Origin: Lama guanicoe
Taxonomy: Eukaryota
Reading direction: 5' to 3'
DNA length: 64,000 bases
Assembly: GCA_013239625.1 (NCBI GenBank)
Contig: MU053881.1
Location: 2,542,001-2,606,000 of the forward strand
Shown here: one piece after another, positions 63,075 to 64,000 of the stretch
Layout: every line of letters begins with the position of its first letter
How positions within the stretch are numbered: the stretch's first letter is position 1
Notes under the pieces: model-generated
What the model saw: only the letters and a program-made list of their open reading frames with translations
The model's database searches: none
What the model was told of the DNA's origin: nothing
Program-made: the position numbers and the translations under genes

Positions 63075-63708
63075 GTGAGGTGGTCGCGCTCCAGGCGCCC
63101 GGGCTGAGGAAGGGGTTGGGAATGGAGAGGGGACTGGGTGGGATGTGGAAGGGGCTGGAGAATGGAAAGAAGGCACCGGTGGGTGCGTGTCAGTGTGCGC
63201 CCCGGGGTATGTGTGTCTGTTGCTCGGTATCTGCAACTGCTTGGTGGCTGTGTGGACGTGCGTCCGCGCCCGTGTGTCCGTGTGTGTCAGAAGTGTCCGT
63301 GCGCGTTTGAGCGTCTGCGTGTCCTGTATGTGCACGTGAGCATGTCCCTGGAGTATGTTTGTGTGCGTCGCCGTGTGACTCTGCCATGTGTGTACAGGCA
63401 GGCCCCGGGGCTTCGCGCGCAGCCCAGCACTTCGGTTCCACGGGGCTGCAGGTTACAGCGTCCCGGATAACTGAGGTGGTGGCCCTTCCTGCGTCCCAGG
63501 TTTCAAGGACGCTAGGACTCGCCGCGGCCCTGTAGCCTCGAGCTGGGGAGGGGGTAAGGCGGGAGAGGGGCCCGGGCCCGGGCCCGGAATGGTGCAGCGG
63601 TCTCCGGAGGGAGGGGAGGGGACACCCGCGTCCCCCTGGAAGGGCTGGGACGAGGATGCGGGGCCAGCGCACCCGTGCCAGTGTGTTCGCCCTCCCCAGG
63701 CCGCCAGG

Positions 63709-63829
63709 ATGGACGTGTTCATGAAGGGCCTGTCCATGGCCAAGGAGGGCGTCGTGGCCGCCGCGGAGAAAACCAAGCAGGGGGTCACGGAGGCCGCGGA
63801 GAAGACCAAGGAGGGTGTCCTCTACGTCG
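63709..63829 (+). CDS. SNCB: Beta-synuclein first coding exon ([41 protein letters not shown]); gene continues beyond the window
   Basis: Synuclein KTKEGV repeats; SMAK and VTEAAEK are beta-specific; 121 nt ending G|gtgggc. Confidence 0.98.
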
Positions 63830-64000
63830 GTGGGCGAGGGGCGGGGCTTCTGGGGCTGCGGAATTTGGATGTCCTGGGAGAGAGCGGAGCTGGGGTCCTT
63901 AAAGGGTGGGAGTGAGGGTGGTCTGGGCGGGAGAATATGAGTCAGCAGATGGGGCGGGGTCAGCAGGGGTCACTGAGGACATAGCCGATGGAAGGCTAGG

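Larger units (their letters stand above)
62640..63850. promoter_or_regulatory. SNCB CpG island/promoter, head-to-head with EIF4E1B
   Basis: Very high GC and CpG content, GC boxes, CRE half-site (TGACGT, minus, 62602-62607) just upstream. Confidence 0.85.

Noticed and set aside
62843..63310. Poly-Ala ORF in SNCB exon 1
   Set aside because: Non-ATG start, arises from the GCCGCA repeat in the 5'UTR and crosses the splice donor
63830..63920. miRNA hairpin in the SNCB intron (a human miRNA annotation is recalled near here)
   Set aside because: No convincing stem-loop visible; cannot be supported from this sequence

Overview
Mammalian genomic DNA, most likely from a camelid (alpaca, llama or camel), judging by two tRNA-derived SINEs of the Vic-1 type. 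It matches the human 5q35.2 SNCB-EIF4E1B-TSPAN17 block, read in reverse. I reconstructed three spliced genes by hand: TSPAN17 (minus strand, 8 coding exons, 46085->37795, 270 aa, intact), EIF4E1B (minus strand, 7 coding exons, 51215->47834, 248 aa, intact) and the 5' end of SNCB (plus strand, non-coding exon 1 plus first coding exon 63709-63829; the gene runs off the window). Bases 1-35.8 kb are intergenic, presumably towards UNC5A by synteny (UNC5A itself is not visible). They are dense in old repeats (L1, L2, MIR, MLT/MER21 LTRs, Tigger1, MER82, MER58, CR1) with a few enhancer-like islands. Most ORF-track entries are GC-rich noise or L1 ORF2 remnants. I found no evidence of a wholly new multi-gene system. 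The best leads are: an alternative TSPAN17 C-terminus with a GYxx-hydrophobic sorting motif whose stop codon lies inside a polyA signal; a 103-bp inverted duplication downstream of TSPAN17; uORFs and unusual substitutions in EIF4E1B; a REST/RE1 site; tandem CTCF sites; and two unusual L1 insertions (a 3' transduction and a chimera). Repeat family names and reference-protein comparisons come from recalled consensus sequences, not from a search.
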